Notes: generated by a model from the letters alone, not told the origin. 64,000 nucleotides of DNA from Synechococcus sp. (GCA_047285535.1 JBJBDC010000001.1:1600136-1664135); one strand, 5' to 3'; positions 1 through 12,660 are shown, counted from the stretch's first letter. Translations and numbers: made by a program.

Positions 1-358
1 ATGCAAAATGGGGTCCAGCCGCTTTGTAGGTGGGTCCAAGGAGGGCTAAGCCATCTCGACTATCTCCAGCCTCCAGATAAGACCAGTCATCTGCCTTCCA
101 GACCAAACGCATGCCGAGATCACAGTAAAAAGCAATTGCACGCGACAGGTCCTGCACACGGATGGCGACATGGCCAAGGCGTTGAACCGGTGACATAAAT
201 CTCTATAAGAGTGACAGTTATTCTGGTGTGTTGATCGTCTTCTGTGAGTTGTGTGACAGGAGCAAGCTCACCCAACTGGAAATCATGGACGCTTGATCCG
301 TTTGGAGCGCATGGTCAGCACATAAATCTGACAGTGAAACAACCGCAAATGACTGGAT

Positions 359-1360
359 TCAGTTGTTCAGAATCCATTCAGCTGCATCACAAGCGTGATA
401 AGTGAGGATCAAGTCAGCACCTGCCCTCTTAAAGCTAAGCAAGGTTTCAAGAACAACTGAGCGTTCATCGATCCAACCGCGTTCAGCTGCCGCCTTCACC
501 ATTGAGTATTCCCCGCTGACGTTATAGGCAGCGATCGGTAGCTCCGACTCCTCTCGCAAGCGGCAAATAATATCGAGATAGGCGAGACCCGGCTTCACCA
601 TCATGATGTCGGCACCCTCTTGTTCATCAAGCTGTGCTTCTGTAATGGCCTCACGCGCGTTCGCAGGATCCATTTGATAGGTGTCTTTATTTTTAGGAAT
701 AACCTTGTCAGAGTTCGCCCTCGGAGCTGAATCGAGCGCCTCGCGGAAAGGCCCGTAATAAGCAGAGGAATATTTAGCGGTGTAGCTGATGATGCCTACA
801 TGCTCAAAACCAGCATCATCAAGAGATTCGCGAATGGCGCCAACACGTCCATCCATCATGTCGCTGGGTCCGATGAGATCAGCTCCCGCCTCAGCTTGCA
901 TGACAGCCTGCTTGCAAAGCTGATCGACCGTTTCGTCGTTGAGGACGACGCCTTCTTGACTCACAATCCCATCGTGGCCGTCACACGAGTAGGGATCAAG
1001 CGCAACATCCGTCATGATCGTCATCTCCGGTACATCTCTCTTGAGCTGACGAATGGCTCTAGGGATCAACCCATTGGCGTTGAAACACTCTGAACCATCC
1101 TCACTCTTGAGGCCCTCAGCCACTTTTGGGAAAAGAACCACGCAACGAATGCCAAGATCCCAGGCTCGCTGAACCTCAGCACTAAGACGATCGAGACTCC
1201 AGCGACTCGCTCCTGGCATGGCATCAATCGGCTCGACCTCCGCCCCCTCATGAACAAACAAGGGATAAATAAAATCAGCTGAGACCAACTGGTTTTCGCG
1301 CACCATCGCCCTTAAAGCAGGAGAGCGACGCAAGCGACGGGGGCGATAAGTGATCTCCAT
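359..1360 (-). CDS. hemB: Porphobilinogen synthase (delta-aminolevulinic acid dehydratase)
   Basis: RPRRLR N-terminus, DVALDPY..GHDG, PSDMMDGRV, YYGPFREA, MVKPG and AYNVSGEY motifs; ATG at 1360. Confidence 0.98.
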   Translation of the reverse strand: MEITYRPRRLRRSPALRAMVRENQLVSADFIYPLFVHEGAEVEPIDAMPGASRWSLDRLSAEVQRAWDLGIRCVVLFPKVAEGLKSEDGSECFNANGLIPRAIRQLKRDVPEMTIMTDVALDPYSCDGHDGIVSQEGVVLNDETVDQLCKQAVMQAEAGADLIGPSDMMDGRVGAIRESLDDAGFEHVGIISYTAKYSSAYYGPFREALDSAPRANSDKVIPKNKDTYQMDPANAREAITEAQLDEQEGADIMMVKPGLAYLDIICRLREESELPIAAYNVSGEYSMVKAAAERGWIDERSVVLETLLSFKRAGADLILTYHACDAAEWILNN

Positions 1361-1401
1361 CAATCAATCTGACTTCAGTATCTGAAAGAGTAAATCCCTC
1401 C

Positions 1402-2397
1402 TCAAAGGCTGGCGTTCTTGAGCCACTGTTGGCGTAAATCACCTTCACGGCTGCGCTGAAGCTGTTCAAGCAGCTCACGCTGTTGTGCAGACCACTGCTT
1501 GGGCCATTGAAGATCCAGCGTGAGTAAAAGGTCACCACGGCCTGACTTACCAGGCCAACCTTTTCCACGGAGACGAAGGCTCCTGCCTGGTGCTGTTCCA
1601 GCAGGGATGGAGACCTCAGCTTCACCATCAGGTGTCATGACCTTGACCGTGCCCCCCAAGGCGAGTTCGTCAAAAGCAACAGGCAACTCAGCACGCAATT
1701 GATCACCATCCAGGATCCAAATAGGATGAGATTGAACCTCAATAATGAGATAAAGATCCCCACGACGCCCCGTACCGGGTTGAGCATTTCCCTTGGCCTT
1801 GAGGCGAAGCTTCGATCCGCTTTTCACCCCGGGAGGGATACGAACCTGAACCCGCTCATCGTTCACAGACAGCGTGCGCTCTCCACCATGAAACGCCTCT
1901 GAAAAACTCACTTTTACGATTGCTTCTGCATCAAGATTGAGTGGTGATTTTGATGCGCCGCGAGAGAATCCACCACCGGGGAATCCACCGCCGGGGAATC
2001 CACCGCTAAAGCCCGCAGGAGATCCTCCATAACCCGCTTGACCGGCACCACCACCAAAGCGACCGAGCAAGTCATTGATGAAATCATCAAAGTTGCCGTA
2101 GCGGCCAAAGTCAACATCCACACCTGGTGCGCCAGCTCCAGGGGCACCAGCCTGATTCCAATACTGACCAAATTGTTCGTATCGGCGTCGTTTCTCCGGA
2201 TCAGAAAGCACTTCATAGGCCTCACTCACCTCTTTGAATCGAGCTTCTGCGCTTTGATCGTCAGGATTCACATCTGGGTGATATTGCCGAGCCAACTTGC
2301 GAAAGGCACGCTTCACCGTGTCAGCGTCAGCGCTGCGTTCAACACCGAGCACTTTGAAGTAATCGCGGTATCCACTGCCAGCCATGGCATTCATCAA
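1402..2397 (-). CDS. DnaJ-class chaperone (CbpA/DnaJ2-like: J domain, G/F-rich region, C-terminal domain, no Zn finger)
   Basis: DYFKVLGV..YHPD J domain, Gly/Phe-rich linker, GDLYL motifs; exact start Met uncertain. Confidence 0.93.
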   Translation of the reverse strand: MMNAMAGSGYRDYFKVLGVERSADADTVKRAFRKLARQYHPDVNPDDQSAEARFKEVSEAYEVLSDPEKRRRYEQFGQYWNQAGAPGAGAPGVDVDFGRYGNFDDFINDLLGRFGGGAGQAGYGGSPAGFSGGFPGGGFPGGGFSRGASKSPLNLDAEAIVKVSFSEAFHGGERTLSVNDERVQVRIPPGVKSGSKLRLKAKGNAQPGTGRRGDLYLIIEVQSHPIWILDGDQLRAELPVAFDELALGGTVKVMTPDGEAEVSIPAGTAPGRSLRLRGKGWPGKSGRGDLLLTLDLQWPKQWSAQQRELLEQLQRSREGDLRQQWLKNASL

Positions 2398-2497
2398 CCC
2401 TTAGGGCTGAGCATCAGTTCCGATCCCTAGTTTCGTCCGTGGATGCGGACCGAAGCAATGGTGGGATGCCCGAACGGCAGGCTTTTCGTACATTGCA

Positions 2498-2869
2498 GTG
2501 ATGGTTAATTTCAGCAAACTCTTTCCGGTGATGGCGTCTGTGGTTGGGATTGCCATCTCTTTACCCGTTGAAGCAGCACCAAATCCAGCAGAGCTGACAG
2601 ACCACTTGAAAAAGAGTGGAGTCATTTACTACGGATCCTGGCGCTGTCCTGCATGCAACGCCCAATCTGATTTATTCGGCTCCGCCGCCAGCGAAATTCC
2701 TTATGTGGAATGTGCAAAACCCAAGGAGCTTCCCAGTCAGGCGGCAGACTGCATCAGAGCAAAGATCGTCGCGTATCCCACCTGGATTCTTAAAAACGGT
2801 GAGCGACGAGAAGGAGTCCAAACACTTGATCAACTCAAGGAATGGACATCCATGCCAAATCGTCCGTAA
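2498..2869 (+). CDS. Secreted thioredoxin-fold protein (resembles the cyanobacterial VKOR-associated Trx domain)
   Basis: Signal peptide, YGSWRCPAC (CxxC), YVEC and AYPTW motifs. Confidence 0.8.
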   Translation: MMVNFSKLFPVMASVVGIAISLPVEAAPNPAELTDHLKKSGVIYYGSWRCPACNAQSDLFGSAASEIPYVECAKPKELPSQAADCIRAKIVAYPTWILKNGERREGVQTLDQLKEWTSMPNRP

Positions 2870-2872
2870 TCC

Positions 2873-4516
2873 ATGGAGCGTCCACGCTTGGCGTTCATTC
2901 AAGGGTTCAGCCGGAGACATTGGAAGGGTGACCTCCTAGGAGGCCTTACAGCAGCAGTGGTAGCCCTCCCGCTGGCTTTGGCATTCGGCAACGCCGCACT
3001 TGGGGCTGGCGGAGCCGTCTACGGGCTGTACGGAGCCATCGTGACAGGTTTTCTTGCTGCCCTCTTTGGTGGTACCCCCGCTCAAGTCTCTGGACCCACC
3101 GGGCCCATGAGCGTCACAGTTGCGGGCGTGATTGGCACACTCGCAGCCGTAGGCGTGTCTAGGGATCTCGGAAGTCAGGAGCTGCTCCCTCTCGTCATGG
3201 GAGCTGTCTTGATCGGGGGTCTGATTCAGATCTTGATGGGAGTCCTTCGCCTGGGCAGATACATCACGCTCGTTCCCTATTCCGTAGTTTCTGGCTTCAT
3301 GTCTGGGATTGGAGTCATCATTCTGTGTCTACAAATAGGGCCCTTATTAGGAATCAATAGTCAAGGCGGAGTCATCAGTTCGCTAGGGACAGTGTTCGGC
3401 CAATTCACACCAAATTCAGCCGCCCTGTCAGTGAGTGCAATGACAATAGCAGTGGTCTTTATGACTCCCAAAAAAGTAACTAATTGGCTCCCATCTCCAC
3501 TGATTGCATTACTGGTCATCACACCCATCTCGATGGCCCTTTTTCAAGATGGTCTCCCGCGGATTGGATCGATTCCTGAGGGAGGTTTAAACCTAAGCCT
3601 GCCAAATCTGAAGGACCATTTTCCTGTTTTGCTACGTGCAGGACTCGTACTAGCGGTGCTCGGAGCAATCGACTCACTGCTCACGTCTCTCGTTGCGGAC
3701 AACATCAGCCAAAGCCGACATCATTCGAATCGAGAGCTGATCGGCCAAGGTATTGCAAACAGCGTAGCTGGACTGTTCAACGGCCTTCCTGGGGCTGGAG
3801 CCACCATGCGAACGGTGATCAATATCAAATCGGGAGGACGCACACCTCTATCGGGGATGGCACATTCTGTATTTCTACTGGTGCTGCTCCTGGGAGCTGG
3901 ACCACTAGCTGAAAGCATTCCAGAAGCACTTCTGGCAGGAATATTAATTAAAGTCGGGCTAGACATTATTGATTGGGGCTTTCTACTAAGAGCCCATCGA
4001 CTCTCATTCAAGACAGCACTCGTGATGTGGGGAGTGCTATTGATGACCGTTTTTTGGGACCTAATTGGTGCGGTATTAGTTGGGATGTTCGTGGCCAATT
4101 TACTGACGATCGAATCGCTCACAACCCATCAACTTGAAAGCATGAATGCTGGGCAGACGGATCAACTTGACCAAGAAGAACAAGAACTCTTGAATCGTTG
4201 CGGAGATGCCCTTATGCTCTTTCGTCTTCAAGGCCCCCTGAGCTTTGGAGCAGCCAAGGGGATTAGTGAAAGGATGACCCAGATTCGAGAATACAAAATA
4301 CTTTTACTCGACGTCACAGATGTTCCCCATCTGGGGATCACGGCCACGCTGGCCATTGAAAGGATGGTGGAAGAAGCCGAGCAACACCAACGCCAAGTTC
4401 TTGTGGCAGGAGCCAATAGGAAAGTCAAAGCTCGATTGGAGCAATTCAGAATCCATGAACTCACAGGCAGCCGTAAAGCAACGCTGCACCGCGCAGCCCA
4501 AGAGCTTGAGGCTTGA
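2873..4516 (+). CDS. SulP/SLC26 inorganic anion transporter with STAS domain (BicA-like)
   Basis: GDLLGGLTAAVVALPLALAFG, SGPTGP, NRELIGQGIAN, GATMRT; C-terminal STAS (GPLSFGAA). Confidence 0.95.
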   Translation: MERPRLAFIQGFSRRHWKGDLLGGLTAAVVALPLALAFGNAALGAGGAVYGLYGAIVTGFLAALFGGTPAQVSGPTGPMSVTVAGVIGTLAAVGVSRDLGSQELLPLVMGAVLIGGLIQILMGVLRLGRYITLVPYSVVSGFMSGIGVIILCLQIGPLLGINSQGGVISSLGTVFGQFTPNSAALSVSAMTIAVVFMTPKKVTNWLPSPLIALLVITPISMALFQDGLPRIGSIPEGGLNLSLPNLKDHFPVLLRAGLVLAVLGAIDSLLTSLVADNISQSRHHSNRELIGQGIANSVAGLFNGLPGAGATMRTVINIKSGGRTPLSGMAHSVFLLVLLLGAGPLAESIPEALLAGILIKVGLDIIDWGFLLRAHRLSFKTALVMWGVLLMTVFWDLIGAVLVGMFVANLLTIESLTTHQLESMNAGQTDQLDQEEQELLNRCGDALMLFRLQGPLSFGAAKGISERMTQIREYKILLLDVTDVPHLGITATLAIERMVEEAEQHQRQVLVAGANRKVKARLEQFRIHELTGSRKATLHRAAQELEA

Positions 4517-4634
4517 CAAAGAAGAGCAGCGAGGCTCAAAGCACGGGTATATATACTCAAACCAGCGACTTCGTAGTTAAATCTACAAAACTTATGCATT
4601 GCTCTAAGAAACTTAAATGAATTTCAAAAATGCA

Positions 4635-4754
4635 ATGGAAATTCTGACTGCGCTAGCGATAGCACCATTCCTCGCCGCTTTAGCCATTGGAGCTCGGGAA
4701 GCCGAGACTAATGAGCACAATGAAATTAAGCAGCAAAGCAATTCAGTTGAGTAA
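4635..4754 (+). CDS. 39-aa small membrane protein (MEILTALAIAPFLAALAIGAREAETNEH...)
   Basis: Manually translated ATG..TAA; single hydrophobic N-terminal helix followed by a polar tail. Confidence 0.45.
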   Translation: MEILTALAIAPFLAALAIGAREAETNEHNEIKQQSNSVE

Positions 4755-6303
4755 ATAAAGTGATTGATGGATGCAGGATTATTCAACAGAATTGTTTGCG
4801 TTACTCAAGACAGTTAAAATTAAGACTCATACAGCCTTGAATGAGTTTAATTTCTATGCTCTGCAATCACGATAGCGCCAGCAGAGAATCCATCGCACCA
4901 ACACAACAGACCAGTCAATAGTTTCGAATTCAGCTTGCCAACCAAACAAAATAACCAATCAAAAGGATCAGGCTGATCTACAATAAGTAAAAATCAGACA
5001 TTCAATTCCGCAAATACAGACTTAAGAAGTGAGCTTTTATATTCGTGATCATTGCAACAGTTGATTATACTCGAGCACAAAGAGATGCCCTGACGGGTCA
5101 ATGTGAAAAGCAAATCATGGCAAACTAATCAGGAGATCCTAGGAAGACATTGTAAAGGAGCTCCAATCACAGATAAGGAGCCAAGACAGAAGAATTGTTA
5201 ATCAAGAGATAAAGAATGGTGGGTAAAAAACTACCTACAAACAGGCAATTAGGTCAATAACCACTGCATTGAATCTAGGATAGCTCAAATTGGATCAACA
5301 CGAACTAATTCAAAATGGCTGGAATCTAACAACCATTGAAGATGAAGCAAAAGAGCGATGCTCCAAACCAAGACACATCTAAGCTGCAAACAGGATGTCG
5401 CGAATACATCAGTTGCATCATTTTTTGAGAAGCCAGACACACCTTTGCAGACTTCTCTCATTGCCGTCGACAACGCAAAGGGACATGAAGTTCTTGCAGG
5501 ACAATCAACAACCATAAAGGCGTTAAACCATCAGCAAGATAGGGCCATATACACACCAACAGCAATCAAGAAAGACGCAAAAACGGGACTTTAGTGTTAA
5601 CAAAAAGCCCAAAAGAAAAGCGGAGCATGAACTCAGAATAAGTTTAAAAGAAAAATGTTTCAAACAAAACCAGCTGATATAAGCCAATGAATTATTTCAG
5701 ATTCTTCATTGATCAGATCAACCCATATTACATAATCGAATTAGACTACTAGATCTAAGTCGAAGCGGAGTAAAACAAACTCGCAGCCAGAAGATGAACG
5801 GTGTATTGATAAAAAGTCTAAATTTCAATGAACATCAAAAAGGGGACCTTAGAAAAAAAACTGTCCAGAAAGCCAATGGTTGTAGGGATTGGTGGTGGCC
5901 GCAGTCAAAGCAGAAAGGATAGTGATCGCAATACCAAGACAGGTGATCGAAATCCCGGCAGCAATGGCTAGATCGTAAAGAATTCGAGTCTTTTGGGACT
6001 TAAGGCCCTTAAAGGAGTATCGATGGGACATTGACCTGAACTCCAAGCTACCAGCCAGTTATGAAGCATGGGAGAGGCTAAGACAAGGATTATTGATGAA
6101 GAACATTGTTTCGTTTCATCTTGCAACATTAACGGAGAAAAAGTCATGGAAGCAAAACAGGGAATTCCCTTAAAATCCGTAAAGAGATCTGCGATTGATG
6201 AAAAACATCAAAACAATCAAATGACTGAAATGCGTTACCTAAAAAGACCTACGAATTGAAAATTTGAAAGCAAGAGAGTTTTAATCAATGGTCGTCAGAA
6301 CGA

Positions 6304-6576
6304 CTAACGAACTGGCGGATAACACCTCTGCCAACCTGCCTCTCGCATGGTGTCCCAGGTGTCAATGGCCTGATGTCGGAGCATCCGCCGTCGCGAGAGA
6401 GGCACTGGTGGATAGGGAGGATTCCAGTGAAAGGTCCTCAAGGCAACGAGTTCACCATCAGCAGAGCTACCAGCTGACTGAAAGTGGACAAGTTGCTGCT
6501 GCAGCTCATTGGAGAGCCAACCTTCTCCTCCTGGAATATCAGGAAGACGTTTTGAAACTGGTCGAAGACGTGGCAT
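6304..6576 (-). CDS. DUF1651-like picocyanobacterial protein
   Basis: EGWL...RRRML..A..W..M..GW.RC.P pattern typical of the family. Confidence 0.7.
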   Translation of the reverse strand: MPRLRPVSKRLPDIPGGEGWLSNELQQQLVHFQSAGSSADGELVALRTFHWNPPYPPVPLSRRRMLRHQAIDTWDTMREAGWQRCYPPVR

Positions 6577-6748
6577 GTAAGCATTATGACAGGATTTTCA
6601 TAAATCGCCAAAAGCTAGATGGTGATATAAGAAATACAAAGACAAGAAGAAAAAGGTAGACACAGGCTGGCAATGCCTATTCATAACAAAAATAAAACAA
6701 CAATAATAGCCAGAAAATACAAGGGAAAGAAGACGATTAAGATATCAT

Positions 6749-7237
6749 CTAACGGATAACAACAGGAGTACCAATTTCAACCCGATTAAAGACTTCGATA
6801 ATATCGCTATTGAGCATCCTGATACAGCCAAGACTCGCAGCCGCACGCAGCTGAACCCATCGAGGCCAAGCAGTACCATGCAATGCATAGACCTTAGAGT
6901 CATCTTTTGACTTGAAATAAGGCATAAACCTAACGCCAACAGGGTCGTTAGGGCCGGCTGGGAATACTTTGTGGTGAGATTTTGAATAATATGTAGGATC
7001 CTTTATTTTTTTCATAATACTATAAATTCCAGGAATAGTTGGTGTTTCAGGGGCTCCTATTGCGATTGGATAACGCTTGATAAGCTTTCCAGAATCCTTA
7101 AGCCATAAATAACGATCCTTGAGGCTCACCTCAATCTCGATCTCTGCTTTGGCGTAGGGAGTGGCTAGAATCAAAAAGAATATACCGATCCAAGATGAGA
7201 GTGAAAATAAACGCAAGGAATGTTTTGATGCAAGCAT
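6749..7237 (-). CDS. L,D-transpeptidase (YkuD family)
   Basis: Signal peptide, YPIAIG..TPT.PG, ALHGT and SLGCIRM catalytic motifs. Confidence 0.92.
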   Translation of the reverse strand: MLASKHSLRLFSLSSWIGIFFLILATPYAKAEIEIEVSLKDRYLWLKDSGKLIKRYPIAIGAPETPTIPGIYSIMKKIKDPTYYSKSHHKVFPAGPNDPVGVRFMPYFKSKDDSKVYALHGTAWPRWVQLRAAASLGCIRMLNSDIIEVFNRVEIGTPVVIR

Positions 7238-9315
7238 TAAGAATAGAAATCATTGGACCTTATACTAGCGCATCCTAGAGAGATTCAATTCATAAGCTAC
7301 TCGCAAAGAAAAAACTAAGTTTCACTATAAAACAGTCAGATCAGGCAGTCAGTCAATCAAATAAGCCGAGACAAAAAGAACAATCAAAGAGCGAAACGAG
7401 GAACGAAAAACAATGCAAGATTGTAATCGATTCTCAACGATCGGCAGAACAGAAACCAAAGCAAAAAGCAATCATCAATTATCAATATTGATTGAACACG
7501 ATTCGAAACGAACAAGCCTTCAATATTGGAAGAAGTCAATGCCTGCAACAATAAAGCCAAGGAAAGACTAAGGAATCTGCGACAAGATTAGTTAACACAA
7601 TGTCACTAAAATGATCATCATTGTACTCAAACAAATTAAAAAGAAGAATCCTAGAGAACACATGAAAACGAGAAATAACGCAACCTATCATTTCATCTAA
7701 ACAGCATAAATCATCCCGATCAAAGATGGAAACCAATGCCTGTGAAAAGAACGTATATAAGGTAACTTTAGACTAGGAAGATAAGGAATAACAGTAAAGG
7801 TAGTTTGTAAGATTAGGAATTAGAGCCATGCTCTCAAGCATGAAGAAACGATGGATCCTAAACAATGATGTGAGATGGGTCACGCGTAATAGTTAAGCAA
7901 CAACGCAGATAGACAGAAATGGGCAGTTGTGCCTATCGCCATAGGAGCCTATTAGTGATTAGAACAGATAGGTGAGAGAAGATTCAAATGAAACTTGATA
8001 GTGCCAATGGCCACCCCATGGGAAGCTTGATCTACGATGGCATGCATGCTCCATTTCATGCGTTGGCTTGCCCCCTAAACCCTCGCGCGATCCGGATAGG
8101 CAAGAAAAGATAGTCTCTTTATTCTTGGTATAGGAACCGAAAGCAAGTTCCTCAGGCTTCAAGCAAACCTAAAGTTCGACTTGCTCATAAAAAATGCAAG
8201 TCTGAATCTATCCATGGGGTATGGAGAGTAGCTCTATAGAGCGACAAATCTCTGGCAATGGAGGATTCCCCCTATTCTACGATTGAGAAGAATAAAACAA
8301 AGTGAATCATCACTTCAAACATCAGCCCCCTACAGAATTTCGTGAATCGAGGAGTATTTCAGCCAGGATCTTTACTCAGAATGCAAATGTTGAACTAGAA
8401 ATCACATACAACGAAATCCAAAAGATGAAGCACCAGAGATGAATACGAATCCCAAGAAATGTACCAGCAATGGAGTGGAAGCATTAATAGTTTTACGTGA
8501 CTAGAGATAAAAACAACTGGCCACAGGAAAGTATTACCGACAACGATCATAAAACAAGTTGATCACGAACGTCAGCCAAAAAGGATCTGCAAGATAAATA
8601 TTTTGGCGAATACCTAATCAAGGCGATGAAGATCAAAGCAAGAGAAAGGCATTCTCTAAAGCAAGATCAGACCAAGAGTAAAAATAATTCAATTCATCAC
8701 CATCTTCAAGCGTAGATTCATGATATTTTCACATCAGCAAACGGAGATCTCATCATCGCGTGTACTCACTCAACATGCATCCACTGCAGTTCAAAAATAA
8801 CTGAATGAGAGAAGGCGATAACTACCGCAACATCAAGTACCGCCTTAAATTGATGCTGCCAACCTGAATCTTATATCAAATGGTCTTTAAAAGACGTAAA
8901 GAAAGACATGGCATCAGCATCAAAGATGACAGAGTTTACAATAATGGACTAACTGCAAGCAGGAATGTAGACAAATGGCTAGGAAGTTAGATGTAAAAGA
9001 GAAGGTATGAAGTTTCCAATCCAGTATGGAAAAGATCGAGAACAGGCATAAATCACAAACATACCCCAAAGCCCTGATTGCATTCACTAATTTCACTATA
9101 GTGATAGAAAAGCAAGCAAAATCATTCGTCTGAACAAGAATCCAAGTCGAATCTACACATCAGATCTGTTTTAGAGCAGCAATGACTATTAACAATGATC
9201 AGTTTAAGAGTGACAACAACCTACACCAGAATGGACAAGTCTATTGCGGGAGATAATCAGTGTAGTAGTTTGAAATGCACCTCTGTTCAATGAGGCAACA
9301 AAACAATCTAGAGCT

Positions 9316-10104
9316 ATGAATACAAACGTATGGTTTGATTCCAATCACGTCGAAGCCTGGCTTAATGGGAAGCCGATCATCCACGATCTTTGCTTAAAGC
9401 TTAGGATCGGAGAATCAACAGCAATACTAGGGCCTAATGGTTCAGGGAAAAGTACCCTCCTGAAGCTAATAGATCGAAATCTATATCCAATTATCAAAAA
9501 GGGATCGCATCTAAAACTTTTTGGAAGCAAAACAGTGAATCTTTGGCAATTGCGGAAATGTATGGGAGTGATCAGTACTGAATTAGAGATGCGTTTTGCA
9601 CCGAATGTCAGCGCAATCGAGATAATACAGAGTGGTTTGTTTGGATCCATGCATTTGGGACGTGATCAAAGACCCAGCAAAGAAGAACTTGCAAAAAGTC
9701 AAGCACTTATAGAAAAACTAGGGCTGGAAGCGATCGCCGAACAACCATTTGGTCACCTTTCAGATGGCCAAAGACGACGACTCATGATTGCTAGGGCTTT
9801 GGTGCATGAGCCCAAAATATTGGTTATGGATGAACCAGATCGAGCTCTAGACTTGAAGGCGTCCCATCAGCTATTGGCGACGCTGGGATCTCTTTGCAGA
9901 GAGGGAATAACACTTCTAATGGCCACACATCAAATACACACCATTATTCCAGAAGTCAAAAGAGTGATATTCTTCAAAAATGGCCGGATTGAGGCCGATG
10001 GTAGTCCGGATCAATTACTGCAAAACCAGAGTCTTAGTAATTTTTTCGAAACACATCTGAGGGTAATTGAACATCAGGGCTTCAGACAAGTGTTGCCCGG
10101 ATAA
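9316..10104 (+). CDS. ABC transporter ATP-binding protein (ModF-like), no adjacent permease
   Basis: Walker A GPNGSGKST, signature LSDGQRRR, Walker B ILVMDEP, H-loop. Confidence 0.92.
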   Translation: MNTNVWFDSNHVEAWLNGKPIIHDLCLKLRIGESTAILGPNGSGKSTLLKLIDRNLYPIIKKGSHLKLFGSKTVNLWQLRKCMGVISTELEMRFAPNVSAIEIIQSGLFGSMHLGRDQRPSKEELAKSQALIEKLGLEAIAEQPFGHLSDGQRRRLMIARALVHEPKILVMDEPDRALDLKASHQLLATLGSLCREGITLLMATHQIHTIIPEVKRVIFFKNGRIEADGSPDQLLQNQSLSNFFETHLRVIEHQGFRQVLPG

Positions 10105-11666
10105 GAACTGAAAAAGCATTAAATACATTGACAACTCTTCTATAATACAGCGATATTTATAGTTTTTGGAGACAAAAGATAAACATCAAAACTAATCAAC
10201 ACTTCAAACCATGAGTGGCACATGCAACTCAAACAATGAACTGACGCTCCAAGACTCGCAAACAGGAGCAACAATTGAAAAAAAGCAAAGTCCCAAGACA
10301 TTCGCAAAAGCATTAAGTTCAACCTAGCCGGTTATATATCTGCAAAGAACACGCTGATAAGGATAATAAAAAAAGCCGATCCTTGCGGCGACAAATATAA
10401 CAACACGCAAGCTTAACGTTGACAAAAAATCTATAATTCTGCCGAATGCGTGCCTATACGATCTGAATGCAATGCACAGAAGTACCAATGTCAAAACTTA
10501 CTCTGATATTGGTGTAGGGACTTGAAATAGAGATGGAGGAGGAGAACTGAACAAGGCCTATCCTTGAGGCGGGTGTGAAAAGTCACTACAACGAATCAAG
10601 AAACCGTTATTAAACAAATAAACTATGAAAATAAGCTTCTTTAGATCATTAAAGGGAAAGACTATATGATGCGGCAATATTCATCAAGTCACACAATACT
10701 TGGAGATCCAATGTATAGGGATGAGCTGTTGGTTTGAATGGAAGTCAACTCGCACATTGGTGATTGTTTAGCCTTATATATGTGGTTGGACATGATTCAA
10801 GACATGAGAGAGGCCGCCCCTCCCAGATGGAAAAGACGGCCTAGCTCGCTCGTTTATGCATAGCGCACACCAGTAATCAGTGATTCTGTATCGGTGAAGC
10901 TTGAACCTCGAAACGAAAACAGTGAACTGAAAGCGTGGTACGAAGCGACTAACTGCAGGATCACCTGGGGCCGGAGCTCTAGGTGTTGGGTCGTTTTCTC
11001 CTGAGGGCACCTAGGACGGTGCTAATGGAGCATCGATTGGCGTGGCGCGCAAGGCATTGCCTACCAAAGGAACAACCCACGTCTTGTTGAGACTGTTGGA
11101 GCAGGGACCTGAAGTCAGCTTGCTTCTGCTGATAACTCAGGTGGAGTGTCGTCTGTCAAAGCGCCTCCTTCTCTCGATATGAATAGTTTGCCCGAGCGAG
11201 GTAGCTTTGCCATCGGTGTAAACGCGCATTGCCTTCAGAGCAAAAACCACCGATATTAGAAATGGTGTGTCTTTTTCCAGGTCACTAATCCTTTGCTTCA
11301 TTCTGAGATCAACAGCAAATTCAATCACTCCTCAGCGAAGGCGGAGAATAGAAACGGTAAATTCCTGAAAATAGTGGTATTGCTAATAATAAAGCGTTAA
11401 TCCAACCAAATCCCTGTCATCACGAGAATGCTGTTATATGTGAATAGCGAAGAGATCTAAACCACTTCAAATAGAAAAAAACTCCCGACTCCCAGCAGGA
11501 GTTTTGACTAGCTGAGGGCATAGGCAAAAAAGCAAATCCGTTTCTCAACTCAATGGGCCGACATCCAAAAAACAAAGTCCTGACAGTCTCAACGTTCACA
11601 AGCCAAGACTTCTTAAGGTTTTCTACATTGCACTTCCGCTGCGTGCGCATATCCTGACATTACTGT

Positions 11667-11882
11667 ATGGCGTATCTAATGAGTATTAATTCTCAAAAAA
11701 ATCTTGCTTGCATGAAATGGGAACCCGATGGAGAACTTTCATTCCATGACACAAAATTATTGATCACACGTCTAGCAGGAATTGAAAAATCAAGAAGGGG
11801 GTTGCTAGACCATCACGAAAAAAGAAGATGGCAGAAACGTATGGTTAGAGAAAACAGTAATGACAAGCATCTCGCAAGTTAA
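11667..11882 (+). CDS. Small hypothetical protein (MKWEPDGELS motif)
   Basis: ORF with a MKWxxDGELS segment recalled from small picocyanobacterial proteins. Confidence 0.45.
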   Translation: MAYLMSINSQKNLACMKWEPDGELSFHDTKLLITRLAGIEKSRRGLLDHHEKRRWQKRMVRENSNDKHLAS

Positions 11883-12660
11883 TATCAATTCAAATCCTTG
11901 TTAAGGATATACAAAACTGGGCGTTCTTCTATAGAAAAAAAGAAACGTATGCAACAAAGAATTGACGGCCCAACTACTCTAATCGTGGAAACTATAGAAA
12001 GCGAAACAAAGCGCAGGAGCGATCAAGAGGTAATTTTTCTAAATATATTGCTGCATCAATTACAAACATATCAAGACTGATTTCGCATCTATAATCTGTT
12101 AATTCGATGAAGGCGAAGCGAATATAACAAAGCGGCTCAAAAACAACAAAAAGAGAAATTAGCGTATTGAATTTATCACCACAGGCCAGAAATGTCACCA
12201 AAACCAAAATAAATGGCAATCCCTTCGGCGGCCATCATCGAGACTTGATGCATTTCTAATTGCCTTTGGTGATTAGACGCTACAAGTCCCGGACCTGAAA
12301 CTTATCAATCATCGCAGAGCCTTGACATGGAATCTTTGAGATGCAACTGAAGATCATTTCAGACTTGAGAAGTGACTACATCCCTCTCAAAAGATGCGTC
12401 TCAGATCTTAATAATATTACTTTATCTTATGAGGAATTGAAATGATGTGAGAAGGTTTGCCGGCAATCATGAGCAACAGATTTCTCATTATCATAGGTTG
12501 GCAAGGAAACGAGCAAATCCCTGACATACCAGGGAAACCGGTGTTGGCTAAAATCAACTATTGTCGAAAATCACTTTTACCAAGGAAGTTCCGAAATAGG
12601 CTATTCATGTGAATTTTGCTCTCATATGCGAACAAACCGTCGAAAATAATTGTCGATTCA

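Noticed and set aside
800..4599. Many short ORFs overlapping hemB, dnaJ and sulP
   Set aside because: These are antisense or alternate-frame shadows of well-supported genes.
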